DNA of 64,000 nt, taken from positions 12,131 through 76,130 of the IMG/VR virus record IMGVR_UViG_3300023179_008905; one strand, given 5' to 3'. Below are positions 1 through 9,528 of this stretch, piece by piece. The DNA is from a virus. Made by a program: the position numbers and the translations under genes. Numbering within the stretch: the stretch's first letter is position 1; the number at the start of each line of letters is the position of its first letter. The notes beneath the pieces were generated by a model. The model did not search any database, was not told the origin of the DNA, and worked only from the letters and a program-made list of their open reading frames with translations.

Positions 1-99
1 GTTCCAAAAGTTCTAGGAATGGGTAAAAAAAAGAAAAAAGAAAAAATTGTTATTCAAAGACGCCCACTTCCGGGCTTAGGCAAAGAAGTTGTAAATTAA
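1..99 (+). CDS. 3' end of a small basic hypothetical protein (partial)
   Basis: Frame 1 is open from the window edge: VPKVLGMGKKKKKEKIVIQRRPLPGLGKEVVN, ending TAA at 97-99. Confidence 0.6.
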   Translation, partial: VPKVLGMGKKKKKEKIVIQRRPLPGLGKEVVN

Positions 100-120
100 T
101 TGTTTACACCTAATTACCTT

Positions 121-540
121 ATGGATTTAGGCCACTGGGTATTGACTGAAGGTGTTTCATTAGACGAAAATACTTTTGGATTTATTTATGAAATTACCAA
201 TACTTTAAATAATAAAAAATATATTGGCAAAAAACAATGTAAATCTAAATTAAAAAGAAAGCCTTTAAAAGGCAAAAAAAATAAAAGAATAGAAATTAAA
301 GAATCGGATTGGAAAGAATATACAAGCTCCTCAACAGAATTAAATGAAGATATTAAAAAATATGGAAAAGATAAATTTACTTTTAGAATTATACGGGCTT
401 GTAGTTCTAAATGGGAATTAGCATACTTTGAAATTTCTGAACAAATTGCTAAAAACGTTTTAATGAGAGATGATTATTATAACGGCATTATTAATGTTCG
501 TATCGGTCGCCCTCCTAAAAACTTCTTGAATAGTTTGTAA
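121..540 (+). CDS. GIY-YIG endonuclease, T4 endonuclease II (DenA)/Seg-like
   Basis: FGFIYEITNTLNNKKYIGKK GIY-YIG motif, ESDWKEYTSSS and YYNGII motifs; ATG at 121 preferred over TTG at 100. Confidence 0.8.
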   Translation: MDLGHWVLTEGVSLDENTFGFIYEITNTLNNKKYIGKKQCKSKLKRKPLKGKKNKRIEIKESDWKEYTSSSTELNEDIKKYGKDKFTFRIIRACSSKWELAYFEISEQIAKNVLMRDDYYNGIINVRIGRPPKNFLNSL

Positions 541-553
541 TTTCATACATACT
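526..553 (+). promoter_or_regulatory. sigma70-like promoter TTGAAT-N16-CATACT
   Basis: -10 ends 5 nt before ATG 559; same geometry as other promoters in the window. Confidence 0.45.
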
Positions 554-558
554 TAAGT

Positions 559-1119
559 ATGCTCAAAAAACTTGAGTTTAAGCAATATAATTTTAGACTC
601 GTTAACTTTAACCATATTTTGCGTAAAGTAGAGGTCGATATTATTAATGATCTGCACAAATACCATTTATTAAAAGATAGAATAACAACCAGCGCTAAAC
701 AATTTTTCTATCATCATATTATATTTGGCATTTGTGAATATCTTCTAAATGATAAAACAAATGAAAAAACAGTTGTCTATTTTAACAATACCCAACTAGA
801 ACAGTTATTGTTAGTAAAATACTTTAAAGAAGAAGATATACTGAAACTACTCGATCAAATACTTAGTAAAGTAAAAAAATTGCTTCCAATTAAAGTATTT
901 CTAACAAATATTTCATTTGAATTCTTACACCATTTACTCTCAAAAAATGAAGGTAGAGGGTTAGAATTAATTAGTAATATACGTTCTTACATTGATAGTG
1001 TTAATATTGAACGATATACCTTTGCAAAAGTAAAAACATTTACAAAGAAAAATAACCTTATTTTTTTAAATAAAGAATACTTCAATCAGCTTAAGACTAA
1101 ACAACTTCTGATCGTTTAA
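559..1119 (+). CDS. hypothetical protein
   Basis: 186-aa ORF with its own promoter; no recognisable catalytic motif. Confidence 0.7.
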   Translation: MLKKLEFKQYNFRLVNFNHILRKVEVDIINDLHKYHLLKDRITTSAKQFFYHHIIFGICEYLLNDKTNEKTVVYFNNTQLEQLLLVKYFKEEDILKLLDQILSKVKKLLPIKVFLTNISFEFLHHLLSKNEGRGLELISNIRSYIDSVNIERYTFAKVKTFTKKNNLIFLNKEYFNQLKTKQLLIV

Positions 1120-1135
1120 ATTAATAAATATTTAA

Positions 1136-2047
1136 ATGGCCGATATAACAGTTTCCCAGCTTACTAGAGGACTGCCTCCGGTAAATGCTTTTATCCCTTT
1201 TTCTAATGGAACGACTACGCTTGCTGTTGCTCCTTCTGGGTTATTGGTTAATGCGGGTAAAGTTGGTATTAATACAGCAACACCAACGTCAGAATTAACA
1301 CTTTCAAGATCTGTACAGCTTTCGGCTGATTCTATAGAGCTTAATGTTAGAAGCGGTATTACTGAAGGTAATTTTGATGGAATAAAATTTACGCAAACCG
1401 CAGGTACTTATAATGAGCTCGCAGCTATAAGATGCAAGTATTTTAATAACGGGCAAACGGCATTAGAACTTTCAACAAGAGAAAATAATGGTGTAAACCT
1501 TAAGGTTGAGTCAATGCTTACTCTGGACCGTAATAACGGTAATGTCTTAAATCATGGTTTAATATTAAGTGGTAGCAGTTTATATAATCAAGGAAATAGT
1601 GCTTTTCCTGATAGTGGTGTTACAAGTCTAAATGTTGCTAGAGGGTGGACATATGGCTACAACGATGTTACTGGAAACCTATCTTTTTACACTCATATAC
1701 TATTACCTCCTGATTTTAATCAAAACAACTATCAAATGTTTTTATTAGAAATAAAAGGATATAATTTTAGAAGCGCTACAGCTCAACTTATAAATTTAAT
1801 TGTAGGTGGTTACGTAACCCCAGTATCAAACGGTGGACCAATAAGAAATGTTTCCGCCTGGCAGGCATTAGGTGATTTTAATCCAACAGCATATTATAGC
1901 AGTACATATAATAGAGGGGTTGTGAGGTTTTACTTATCAAATGCTTACTATGCTTCTTTTGTAGTTAATTCCATATGTGTAGGTAATGGTAGAATTATTA
2001 AGCCTGGGGAACTACAAATCATTTATAGTTCCAGTGCAACATTATAA
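1136..2047 (+). CDS. MADVTIS-family virion fibre/adhesin protein
   Basis: N-terminus MADITVSQLTRGLP...IPFSNGTTT, fibre repeat VGINTATP, TAAATA late box at 1125-1130. Confidence 0.7.
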   Translation: MADITVSQLTRGLPPVNAFIPFSNGTTTLAVAPSGLLVNAGKVGINTATPTSELTLSRSVQLSADSIELNVRSGITEGNFDGIKFTQTAGTYNELAAIRCKYFNNGQTALELSTRENNGVNLKVESMLTLDRNNGNVLNHGLILSGSSLYNQGNSAFPDSGVTSLNVARGWTYGYNDVTGNLSFYTHILLPPDFNQNNYQMFLLEIKGYNFRSATAQLINLIVGGYVTPVSNGGPIRNVSAWQALGDFNPTAYYSSTYNRGVVRFYLSNAYYASFVVNSICVGNGRIIKPGELQIIYSSSATL

Positions 2048-2058
2048 TAAATAACTAT

Positions 2059-2508
2059 ATGAGCTTTAACTCTAAGTTGTCCGAATATTTAAAATTGTTT
2101 ACTGAGCAAGGTGAAGAACAGCAGGTTGATGCTACAGCTCCTGCACCTCAGCAAGCACCACCTCCTACACCACCCACAGCTCAAAAAGAAGAGCCCTCTG
2201 CATTACCACCAGAAGGTTATGTTGATATGGTTAGAATGTTAGCGAAAGCTTTAGTCATGAATATACCTGCAGGTACTATTGATGCTTTGTTTACAAAACC
2301 TATTAATCAAGAATCTGCAGTTGAAGCAAGAGAAGCATTGCAACAGTCTATAGCTTCTAACGAAAATTATGAAGATAACCCTCAGCGTATAACTAACCCC
2401 CATGTTAAAAAGTTTGTTGATTCTATAAATGAAAATAACTTTATGGCAAAATACAAAGAGATTCTTAATATAATGAAGCGTTATAGCAACGATCCCAATC
2501 TCAAATGA
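2059..2508 (+). CDS. hypothetical late protein, possible internal head protein
   Basis: TAAATA at 2048-2053; leader MSFNSKLSEYLKLFTEQ followed by a Pro-rich linker. Confidence 0.65.
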   Translation: MSFNSKLSEYLKLFTEQGEEQQVDATAPAPQQAPPPTPPTAQKEEPSALPPEGYVDMVRMLAKALVMNIPAGTIDALFTKPINQESAVEAREALQQSIASNENYEDNPQRITNPHVKKFVDSINENNFMAKYKEILNIMKRYSNDPNLK

Positions 2509-2509
2509 T

Positions 2510-3739
2510 ATGCATAAGAAAAAGCTTAAAAAGCCTTACAAGTCTCTTGATGAGATTTATCTAAAAGAATCTTTTGCTAAGCCTGTACCAGCTCTACCTA
2601 GACAAACAATTTTTAACGAAGCTCCAGAAGATAAAACAATAGATGTTTATGCACAAGTAGATGACGGCGGTAGGCCAAAGCTATTAGGTGCAGTTGATAG
2701 AAAAGGTCTTACAAAAATTACTAATATAGTAAGTTCTGATAAAAGCGGAACCGTATTTAAGGACCTTATGAGTGTATGTAATTTACAAGGATTAGAAAAT
2801 TTTATATATCCTATTTTTGAAAAATATAATATTAATTACGATGAAGTAAAAAGATTATTAGTTGATGGTAAAAATTCTAAAGCTATGCAATTTCCTATCT
2901 CTAATAAAATTGTTGGAAAATCGGGTAGCTTTGAGCTTTGGAATACTTTAAAACCGGTTATAAAAGCTGTTTTAGTAGAACAAGAAGAAAATGATGCTGT
3001 AAATTTATTTTCTGAATTATTTAATTTTGAACCCCCTAAGGGTACAGTAGCTACCGGTAAAGGCGAATTAGTTATAATTCTTTTTAGTGACGGTAAAAAA
3101 GTGAAGTATGAAAAAGATGATGTATCAAAAGGTGATATTGTTTTATCAGATGGTCGACGACTTGAACTAAAGGTAGGTCAAGGAAGATTAGCTTCTGCAA
3201 GAAGTAGAGGATTTGAAAAATTGCGACAATCTGTAGAACAGCTAGTACACAAACGAATGACAGGAGAAAATTTAACGTTTGATGAGCTAAAAAATGTTAA
3301 TTTAGCTTTATCTAAAGAAGAAGATATTAATTTTTCATTACAATTTATTAATAAAAATACTGATCCAAATGTTTTAGAAAGTTTAATTTGGGCTCCGAGT
3401 TTATTAGGTTATGGTGGAAAGGGGTTTGAATATCTTTTAATTATGAGTAATAAGGATAGAGCAGCGGGTAAATTTATTCTTAGTTATTATGATATAAAAG
3501 ATAAGAATATTATTATTGATGCATTGCTAAATAAAAATCTTAGTGTTTATGCAGACAATGAAGGTTTAACAATAACTTCTGGCTTAAGACCTACTGGTAA
3601 AAGTGCCTATAAGCAGTATAGACCTGCTCCAGTTAAAAAATCTGCTAAAGCAGTAAACCCTTCTTTTACCCCACCGGTAAGACCACCCGCAATACCAGCT
3701 CAACCGACAACACAGGAACAACCTAATGCTAACGTTTAA
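2510..3739 (+). CDS. putative PD-(D/E)xK nuclease-fold protein
   Basis: GKGELVI...KGDIVLSDGRRLELKVGQGRL matches the E...GD...ExK restriction-endonuclease pattern; Pro-rich C-terminal tail. Confidence 0.5.
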   Translation: MHKKKLKKPYKSLDEIYLKESFAKPVPALPRQTIFNEAPEDKTIDVYAQVDDGGRPKLLGAVDRKGLTKITNIVSSDKSGTVFKDLMSVCNLQGLENFIYPIFEKYNINYDEVKRLLVDGKNSKAMQFPISNKIVGKSGSFELWNTLKPVIKAVLVEQEENDAVNLFSELFNFEPPKGTVATGKGELVIILFSDGKKVKYEKDDVSKGDIVLSDGRRLELKVGQGRLASARSRGFEKLRQSVEQLVHKRMTGENLTFDELKNVNLALSKEEDINFSLQFINKNTDPNVLESLIWAPSLLGYGGKGFEYLLIMSNKDRAAGKFILSYYDIKDKNIIIDALLNKNLSVYADNEGLTITSGLRPTGKSAYKQYRPAPVKKSAKAVNPSFTPPVRPPAIPAQPTTQEQPNANV

Positions 3740-4913
3740 GCAATTTCTTCTTGAAGGTGGAGTAGCTGGTCATATGGCTCATCCTTTCGATTTACCTAAT
3801 GTAAATACGGGTAAAGATCTTATTAATATTTTTAATAAAATAGTTAATAGTTTAAAAAAGAAGCCTTCTACAGTAAAGATAGACGGTGTTAACGCTTCTA
3901 TAAAGTTAATAACAAATGCCGAGGGTAATAAAGAGTTTGCTATGGATAGAGGCTCTAGCAAGCCTGAAGACGTGGAAGGTGTTACAATATCAAGACTAAC
4001 TGCAAGGTTTCCAGCAGGTCATGGTATGATAGAAACAGGAAAGACTGTTCTTAATATTTTTAATACAGCTATTCCTAGCATAGAACCTGAACTAAAAAAA
4101 CTTAAAATGTGGAATAATCCTAAAATTCTTTTTAATATGGAATTCGTAAAAGGTGCAACCAATGTTATTGGATATGCTAATAACTTCTTAGCAATACATG
4201 GTTTAAATGAAATTATAGAAGTAAAAAGCCCTGTTCGTGGAAGCGTAAGAAGAGCTTCACGTGAAATATCTTATGACAAAAAAGCATTACTTTCTTTAAT
4301 TCAAAAAGTAGACCCTATTGCTAAGAAGTCCGGTTTTGATGTTGAGCATGAATTTACTGTAGAATTAAAAGATGTAAATTTTAATGATGTTTTAAATCAA
4401 AAATTTACCGTTAGCTATGATTCTAAAACTTTTGATACTAGGCCTTTAAAAGATTGGCTTTTAAAAGCTAAGAATCCTAGGGCTGAAAAAATTAAAACAG
4501 CTTCTGGCAAAACAATAAGTGCAATGAGCTTAGAAAACTATAAGAATGTAATTTCTGGTATTCCTATGATACAGTATATAGGTAATAATAAAAAGGTAAT
4601 AGAAAAAGCTATCAACGGTGCTTTATTTTATCATGCAACATTACTAATGGGTGATAAGATTAAGCAAGCTTCGACATCAAAGCTTGGCTCTCTTCAAACA
4701 CAAGAAGGCATTGTTGTAAGAGATTCTACAGTATCTTCTAACCCAGTTAAAATAACAGGAAGCTTTATCACAGGAAAAGAGGCTGGTAAATTTGCCAAAC
4801 GCGGTGAAAATGAAGAAAATCAAAGACAAATGTCTAATCAAAATTATATGGTAAATCCTGAATTTGGAAAAGAAGGTGCACGATTAACGCAAACACCAGG
4901 AATGTCTATATGA
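3726..4913 (+). CDS. ligase-like covalent nucleotidyltransferase-fold protein (DUF6267-like)
   Basis: TVKIDGVN (motif I KxDG), NMEF (III), QEGIVVRD (IV), VKITG (V); N-terminal GHMAHPFD. Confidence 0.55.
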   Translation: MLTFKQFLLEGGVAGHMAHPFDLPNVNTGKDLINIFNKIVNSLKKKPSTVKIDGVNASIKLITNAEGNKEFAMDRGSSKPEDVEGVTISRLTARFPAGHGMIETGKTVLNIFNTAIPSIEPELKKLKMWNNPKILFNMEFVKGATNVIGYANNFLAIHGLNEIIEVKSPVRGSVRRASREISYDKKALLSLIQKVDPIAKKSGFDVEHEFTVELKDVNFNDVLNQKFTVSYDSKTFDTRPLKDWLLKAKNPRAEKIKTASGKTISAMSLENYKNVISGIPMIQYIGNNKKVIEKAINGALFYHATLLMGDKIKQASTSKLGSLQTQEGIVVRDSTVSSNPVKITGSFITGKEAGKFAKRGENEENQRQMSNQNYMVNPEFGKEGARLTQTPGMSI

Positions 4914-5560
4914 AATTCGATAAATTAGTAAATGAAATTTTAATGCCACAAAAAAATAATTTAATCGTTATATTTCCTGGGCGCTTTCAACCTTTTCATG
5001 TAGGTCATAAACATTTATTTGATATGGCTAAAAAACAGTTTCCGGGGGCTGATTTTTTTATAGCTACAGCAGATGAAATAGCTAAAAAAGAAGACCCATC
5101 TCGCTATCCTTTTAATTTTAAAGAAAAAAAAGAAATTATTAAAGCAACGGGTATTCCTGAAAAAGAAATAGCCCAGGTTAAAATGCCTTATAAGCCTTTA
5201 GAAATTTTAAAAAATTATGATCCTAATGTTGCAAAAGTAGTTTATCTTGTAGGTAAAAAAGATATGGAATCAGATCCTCGTTTTGCATTTGGAATAACTA
5301 AGAAAGGAACGCCTACTTATTTTCAACCGTTTGCTGATTTACAATCTATGCAACCATTTAAAGAGCAAGGTGGTCACGGTTATATCTATGCTCCGGCTAC
5401 AATTGAATTTAACCTAGGTAAAAAGAAGATAACAAGTGCAACCGAACTTAGAAATATGTATAAAGCATCTAATGAAGCTGTAAGAAAACAAATCGTGCAA
5501 GCTGTTATTGGAAAATTTGACCCTAAAATTTATAACCTATTTAATTCTAAATTAAGTTAA
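4910..5560 (+). CDS. HIGH-family cytidylyl/adenylyltransferase
   Basis: FPGRFQPFHVGH (HxGH) motif, VGKKD, and C-terminal SATELR. Confidence 0.8.
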   Translation: MKFDKLVNEILMPQKNNLIVIFPGRFQPFHVGHKHLFDMAKKQFPGADFFIATADEIAKKEDPSRYPFNFKEKKEIIKATGIPEKEIAQVKMPYKPLEILKNYDPNVAKVVYLVGKKDMESDPRFAFGITKKGTPTYFQPFADLQSMQPFKEQGGHGYIYAPATIEFNLGKKKITSATELRNMYKASNEAVRKQIVQAVIGKFDPKIYNLFNSKLS

Positions 5561-6205
5561 ATTCTTTTTCTTTTCAAGTATTAGAATAGTTTCTAGCAAT
5601 ACCTTTTCTAAGTTTTCGGCAGATTCGCGTCTTAAAACATCACTTAGTTTATTCAAAAGAACATCTCCACCTTTTGTGATAGCACTATAAAGCTCCTCTT
5701 CATTACTCTCTTCAAAGTTGTTGTCGCCACACATTCCATGTTGTGGGTTTAGAGCTTTTTCATAATCTTCATAACCAAACACTGATTCAATTTGATCGTG
5801 TGCATTAGTTAGCTTGCTTAAAACCCAAGCTTCAACATTATCTTTACCGTTCATTAAATCATGTAACATAGCGGATAATTTGAAAATTCTAAACAAAAGC
5901 TGTCTACACATCTTACCATTACTGTCATAAGTTTCAGGATTATAGCCTTCACAATCTTCGCTTTTATCTTTATGTTGATTAGCTTTACATTCTACACACC
6001 CATTACACTTACATCCTTTAGCAGCATAAACGCAATGCTCTTCAGATTCTTCACAACCGCAATGTCTTTTTGGAATAGTAATTTTAGCTAGCTTTGTAGG
6101 GGTAGGGCCTACATCGGAAATAGCTTGGGGACCCATTCCTACGTCTTCTTTTACAATCTTTTGATTGTAAATTTCGTTTAATAAATGAAAGTCTTTGTGA
6201 AACAT
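5552..6205 (-). CDS. hypothetical late protein with Cys-rich insert, possible internal head protein
   Basis: Leader MFHKDFHLLNEIY, CVYAAKGCKCNGCVEC, EAWVLSKLTNAHDQI; TAAATATTTA at 6211-6220. Confidence 0.7.
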   Translation of the reverse strand: MFHKDFHLLNEIYNQKIVKEDVGMGPQAISDVGPTPTKLAKITIPKRHCGCEESEEHCVYAAKGCKCNGCVECKANQHKDKSEDCEGYNPETYDSNGKMCRQLLFRIFKLSAMLHDLMNGKDNVEAWVLSKLTNAHDQIESVFGYEDYEKALNPQHGMCGDNNFEESNEEELYSAITKGGDVLLNKLSDVLRRESAENLEKVLLETILILEKKKNLT

Positions 6206-6241
6206 ACCGATAAATATTTATTCAAATATATAAATAATTTT

Positions 6242-6529
6242 ATGTTATTCGAAAAAGCATTTATCAATGCATTGCAACAAGATATATTAGAAGAAGGAAA
6301 AGGTTCTCGTTGTACAAAAGTAACAGGACAACAGTCTTCTACCCGTTCTGATAAAAAATATATGAGATGTGTTAGAAAAGACGGTAAGTTAAAGAGAATA
6401 CACTATGGAGATCCAAATTTAAGAATAAAAAAGTCTAATCCTTCAAGACGTAAATCATTTAGAGCTCGTCATAAATGTTCATCAGCAAAGCCCGGGACTC
6501 CAAAATATTACAGCTGTAAGAACTGGTAA
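6242..6529 (+). CDS. small basic conserved phage protein
   Basis: IHYGDPNLRIKKSNPSRRKSFRARHKC...YYSCKNW; ATG 6242 lies 5 nt after TAAATA (6231-6236). Confidence 0.7.
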   Translation: MLFEKAFINALQQDILEEGKGSRCTKVTGQQSSTRSDKKYMRCVRKDGKLKRIHYGDPNLRIKKSNPSRRKSFRARHKCSSAKPGTPKYYSCKNW

Positions 6530-6915
6530 CCGCTTCCTGTAGAATAATAAACCTTTTTAAATTTTAGTTGATCTAATAACGAACTACATCCTTGACAGGG
6601 TTTAGATAAATCTAAGGCGTTATTTCTATTAATTCTTGTATTAATAATTGTATAATCAGAGCAGTCTTCTTCTCCAAGCTTTAATACGGCAGATAACTCA
6701 GAATGTACACCAATAGTATCAGAAATATCTTCCCCCTTTCTATTGTAAAACCCTATTTTTTTGTTCTTTGGATGTGTTTTGTTTGGATTGTTGAAACCTA
6801 TAGAAACTAACCTATTTTTGTAGAAAATAAAAGAGAAATGCTTACAGCGATAATTACCATGCTTTTTTAGTAAAGCATAAGAAATTTCAGTACACCTCTT
6901 AAATAAATTATCCAT
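6508..6915 (-). CDS. zinc-dependent cytidine/dCMP deaminase-family protein
   Basis: HSE...SKPCQGC zinc motif, GFN, KVYYS. Confidence 0.8.
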   Translation of the reverse strand: MDNLFKRCTEISYALLKKHGNYRCKHFSFIFYKNRLVSIGFNNPNKTHPKNKKIGFYNRKGEDISDTIGVHSELSAVLKLGEEDCSDYTIINTRINRNNALDLSKPCQGCSSLLDQLKFKKVYYSTGSGYQFLQL

Positions 6916-6921
6916 ATAGTA

Positions 6922-6950
6922 ATGTTATATGAAACAAGCTTACAAATCAA
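6922..6950 (-). promoter_or_regulatory. sigma70-like promoter TTGATT-N17-TAACAT
   Basis: -10 ends 6 nt before the deaminase ATG (6915). Confidence 0.5.
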
Positions 6951-6962
6951 TAAATATTTAAA

Positions 6963-7622
6963 ATGGAAACATTTAAAGAATTTTATGATAAACCGGTCTT
7001 TGGAGTTACTGAGTTTGTTGACATCGATGGTGTGGGTCGTGTTAAAGCCAAAATTGATAGTGGTAACGAGGCCTTTAACGTCCTTCATGGGGTGGATGTC
7101 TCTGAAGATAGTGAAAGTGTATCTTTCACTACCGTAGATGGTAAACAAATCAAAGCACCTAAAGCAGGTGACATTAAAATTCATATTGGAAGCGGAGTAA
7201 AAGAAGATAGACCTATAGTAAAATTGAATATAAAAATAAATGGAAAAGAATACAAAGATGTTCCTTTCAGTATTGCTGATCGTTCAGAAAATGAAGATCC
7301 TATTTTAGTTGGTGAGCCCTTTCTTAAGAAACTAAATGCGGTTATTGATGTTAACAAAGAATTACATGAATCAACGCGTTACAATGTTATTGCTATTAAT
7401 AAAAAAGATCCGTTGTCAAGAGAATGGATGAGACCGAGTTTTAGCGAAAAGGCCATTCGCCATATAGCTAACAAACAGAAAACTTTAATTGTAAATCAAC
7501 ACGGAGGTCCTAAGTTTAAGGGAAAAGATATTCTAAAAATTTACAACCCACAAACAAAAAAACCTTTTATAGTTTTTAAGAAAAAATTAAAATCTAAACC
7601 CTCTGAATCCGATACTCTGTAA
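6963..7622 (+). CDS. retropepsin-like protease (RimK-associated 'ATP-dependent zinc protease' family) with C-terminal extension
   Basis: AKIDSGN, EDRPIV, FSIADRSENEDPILVGEPFL motifs. Confidence 0.8.
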   Translation: METFKEFYDKPVFGVTEFVDIDGVGRVKAKIDSGNEAFNVLHGVDVSEDSESVSFTTVDGKQIKAPKAGDIKIHIGSGVKEDRPIVKLNIKINGKEYKDVPFSIADRSENEDPILVGEPFLKKLNAVIDVNKELHESTRYNVIAINKKDPLSREWMRPSFSEKAIRHIANKQKTLIVNQHGGPKFKGKDILKIYNPQTKKPFIVFKKKLKSKPSESDTL

Positions 7623-7916
7623 AATAGATTCAACATTGTTTTGATCAATTACCTCTGCAACGTAAACTGTGGGATGGTAATTAAAATCTTTATCAATTCT
7701 CATACCTTCTTCTTCACCGAATACAGTTAATTCATCTACAAAATCCATGGCACCAAATGCTTTTAAAAAACGATAATAAAAATCCTTTTCAGCAATACAT
7801 TCTATAATTACATCAAAATTTAAATACTCATGAGCTATAAAAGTCACATCCCTCACACACGAAATAGACGATGGAGGGTTTATTAAATCGCCATTTATTA
7901 ATAGCGACTGACTCAC
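7587..7916 (-). CDS. hypothetical protein
   Basis: 109-aa ORF, GTG start 5 nt after a TAAATA box (palindrome 7918-7927). Confidence 0.6.
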   Translation of the reverse strand: MSQSLLINGDLINPPSSISCVRDVTFIAHEYLNFDVIIECIAEKDFYYRFLKAFGAMDFVDELTVFGEEEGMRIDKDFNYHPTVYVAEVIDQNNVESILQSIGFRGFRF

Positions 7917-7935
7917 ATAAATATTTAGTCAATAT

Positions 7936-8589
7936 TTAGATCAATTTTCTATTTTGTGCAAATTCAATAAACTTATAAAACTCGTTTCTTGAGTTATCCT
8001 TATCATCTAAGAAAGCACCAGACATTCTAGCTGTACGCATGGTAGAATCATGTCTAATACCACGATTCGAACAACAGGTATGAGCTGCTTCAATCATTAC
8101 AGCTACACCCTTATTCTTTAAGCATACCTCATCAATATATTTGTGAATTTGCATTGTTAGGTTTTCTTGAACTTGAGGGCGACGGGCAAACCAATCAACA
8201 ATACGATTTAGCTTACTTAAACCAATAACCTTACCGTCTTTAGCAGGAATATAAGCAACATGCGCAAACCCCATAAAGGGCGCATGATGATGAGAGCAAA
8301 GAGATGTTAATTTAATATTTGTTTGTGCGACTATACCGTCATACTTATCTACATTATCGAATGCAGTAACTTTAGGAGGAGTGCTATAACAGCCCCATGC
8401 AAAATCTTCAACAAAAGCCTTTGCTACCCGGTGTGGTGTATTATCACTATTTGGATCGTTTCTCCAATCATAACCTAAAGCATCCATGTACGCTTCGTAC
8501 GCTTTAGCTGCTCGTTCTATAATTTGTTCTCTTTCTTCTTGAGTATGAGGGTGATTGTGATTTGCAAAAGCTAATTTCTTTTTAAACAT
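7936..8589 (-). CDS. folE: GTP cyclohydrolase I
   Basis: NTPHRVAK, SLCSHHHAPF, IGLSKLNRIV, RRPQVQE, HTCCSNRG. Confidence 0.95.
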   Translation of the reverse strand: MFKKKLAFANHNHPHTQEEREQIIERAAKAYEAYMDALGYDWRNDPNSDNTPHRVAKAFVEDFAWGCYSTPPKVTAFDNVDKYDGIVAQTNIKLTSLCSHHHAPFMGFAHVAYIPAKDGKVIGLSKLNRIVDWFARRPQVQENLTMQIHKYIDEVCLKNKGVAVMIEAAHTCCSNRGIRHDSTMRTARMSGAFLDDKDNSRNEFYKFIEFAQNRKLI

Positions 8590-8596
8590 ATTGAGT

Positions 8597-8624
8597 ATTA
8601 TATGATAAGATGTGCCTAGTTCAA
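8597..8624 (-). promoter_or_regulatory. sigma70-like promoter TTGAAC-N16-TATAAT for folE
   Basis: -10 ends 7 nt before ATG 8589. Confidence 0.65.
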
Positions 8625-8645
8625 CATAAATATTATTGTATATCT

Positions 8646-9524
8646 ATGGCTGATACAACCATTAAACAATTGACAACAGTAATACCTAAAGGTGTAGGGC
8701 TAATACCATTATCACAAGATAATGTTACAGTTAATACTCTTGCTTCTAGTATTACTGCAAGTGCTATGCCTTCTAGTGTAAGATATAGTGTTGAATATTT
8801 AGTGGTGGGAGGAGGCGGTGGAGGGGGGCAAGATTATGCCGGTGGTGGGGGTGCAGGTGGCTATGTTGAAGGAAATATGTTTTTAAATGTTGGTGAAAGA
8901 TATCAAGTTATAGTGGGCTTAGGGGGGAGAAAAGATTTACAACATTATTATAATGAAGATGGTACTGATTCTGTTTTTGGCCCTGTAGTAGCTTTTGGTG
9001 GTGGTGCAGGTATGTCATATCAAAACAGACGACAAGCTAATAATGGTGGTTCAGGCGGTGGGTGTGGCTATCAGTATGCTTATATCGGTAGAGGCTTTCC
9101 GGGTCAAGGTAATAATGGTATAATAGGAGGTAATATAGGTTCAACAGCAGGTGGTGGTGGTGGTGGAGCTGGTGGAGTTCCTCTAACAATAACACCCTAT
9201 ATTGGCGGGGTAGGTAAGTCTTCATCAATTACGGGAACAAGTACTTTGTATGCAAGTGGTGGTTCACATATAGGTGATTTAGGTACTGTTAAAGCGTCTG
9301 ACCCTACACCAAACACTGGTCACGGGGGTAATAGTGCTTATGGATCGTGGACAGGCGATGGAACAGCGGCTAACGGAGCAACTGGTATTGTTGTTATAGC
9401 TTATGCTGGCGCACAGCGCGGTACTGCTTACAATTATAATAATGTTATAATACCAGCTGATACCTCTTCTAGAGCAGGCTATACTGTGCATAAATTTACT
9501 CAAGGAGGCTATTACATAGCTTAG
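8646..9524 (+). CDS. MADVTIS-family fibre protein with glycine-rich C-terminal domain
   Basis: MADTTIKQLT...LIPLSQDNVT anchor, then VEYLVVGGGGGGG...GGGGAGG...GIVVIAY...TVHKFT; ATG 8646 preferred over 8610. Confidence 0.7.
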   Translation: MADTTIKQLTTVIPKGVGLIPLSQDNVTVNTLASSITASAMPSSVRYSVEYLVVGGGGGGGQDYAGGGGAGGYVEGNMFLNVGERYQVIVGLGGRKDLQHYYNEDGTDSVFGPVVAFGGGAGMSYQNRRQANNGGSGGGCGYQYAYIGRGFPGQGNNGIIGGNIGSTAGGGGGGAGGVPLTITPYIGGVGKSSSITGTSTLYASGGSHIGDLGTVKASDPTPNTGHGGNSAYGSWTGDGTAANGATGIVVIAYAGAQRGTAYNYNNVIIPADTSSRAGYTVHKFTQGGYYIA

Positions 9525-9528
9525 TTTT

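Noticed and set aside
8805-9180. G-rich runs as G-quadruplex or tandem repeat elements (also 36460-36660)
   Set aside because: Explained by glycine codons in coding sequence, unlike the non-coding tract at 50178-50193
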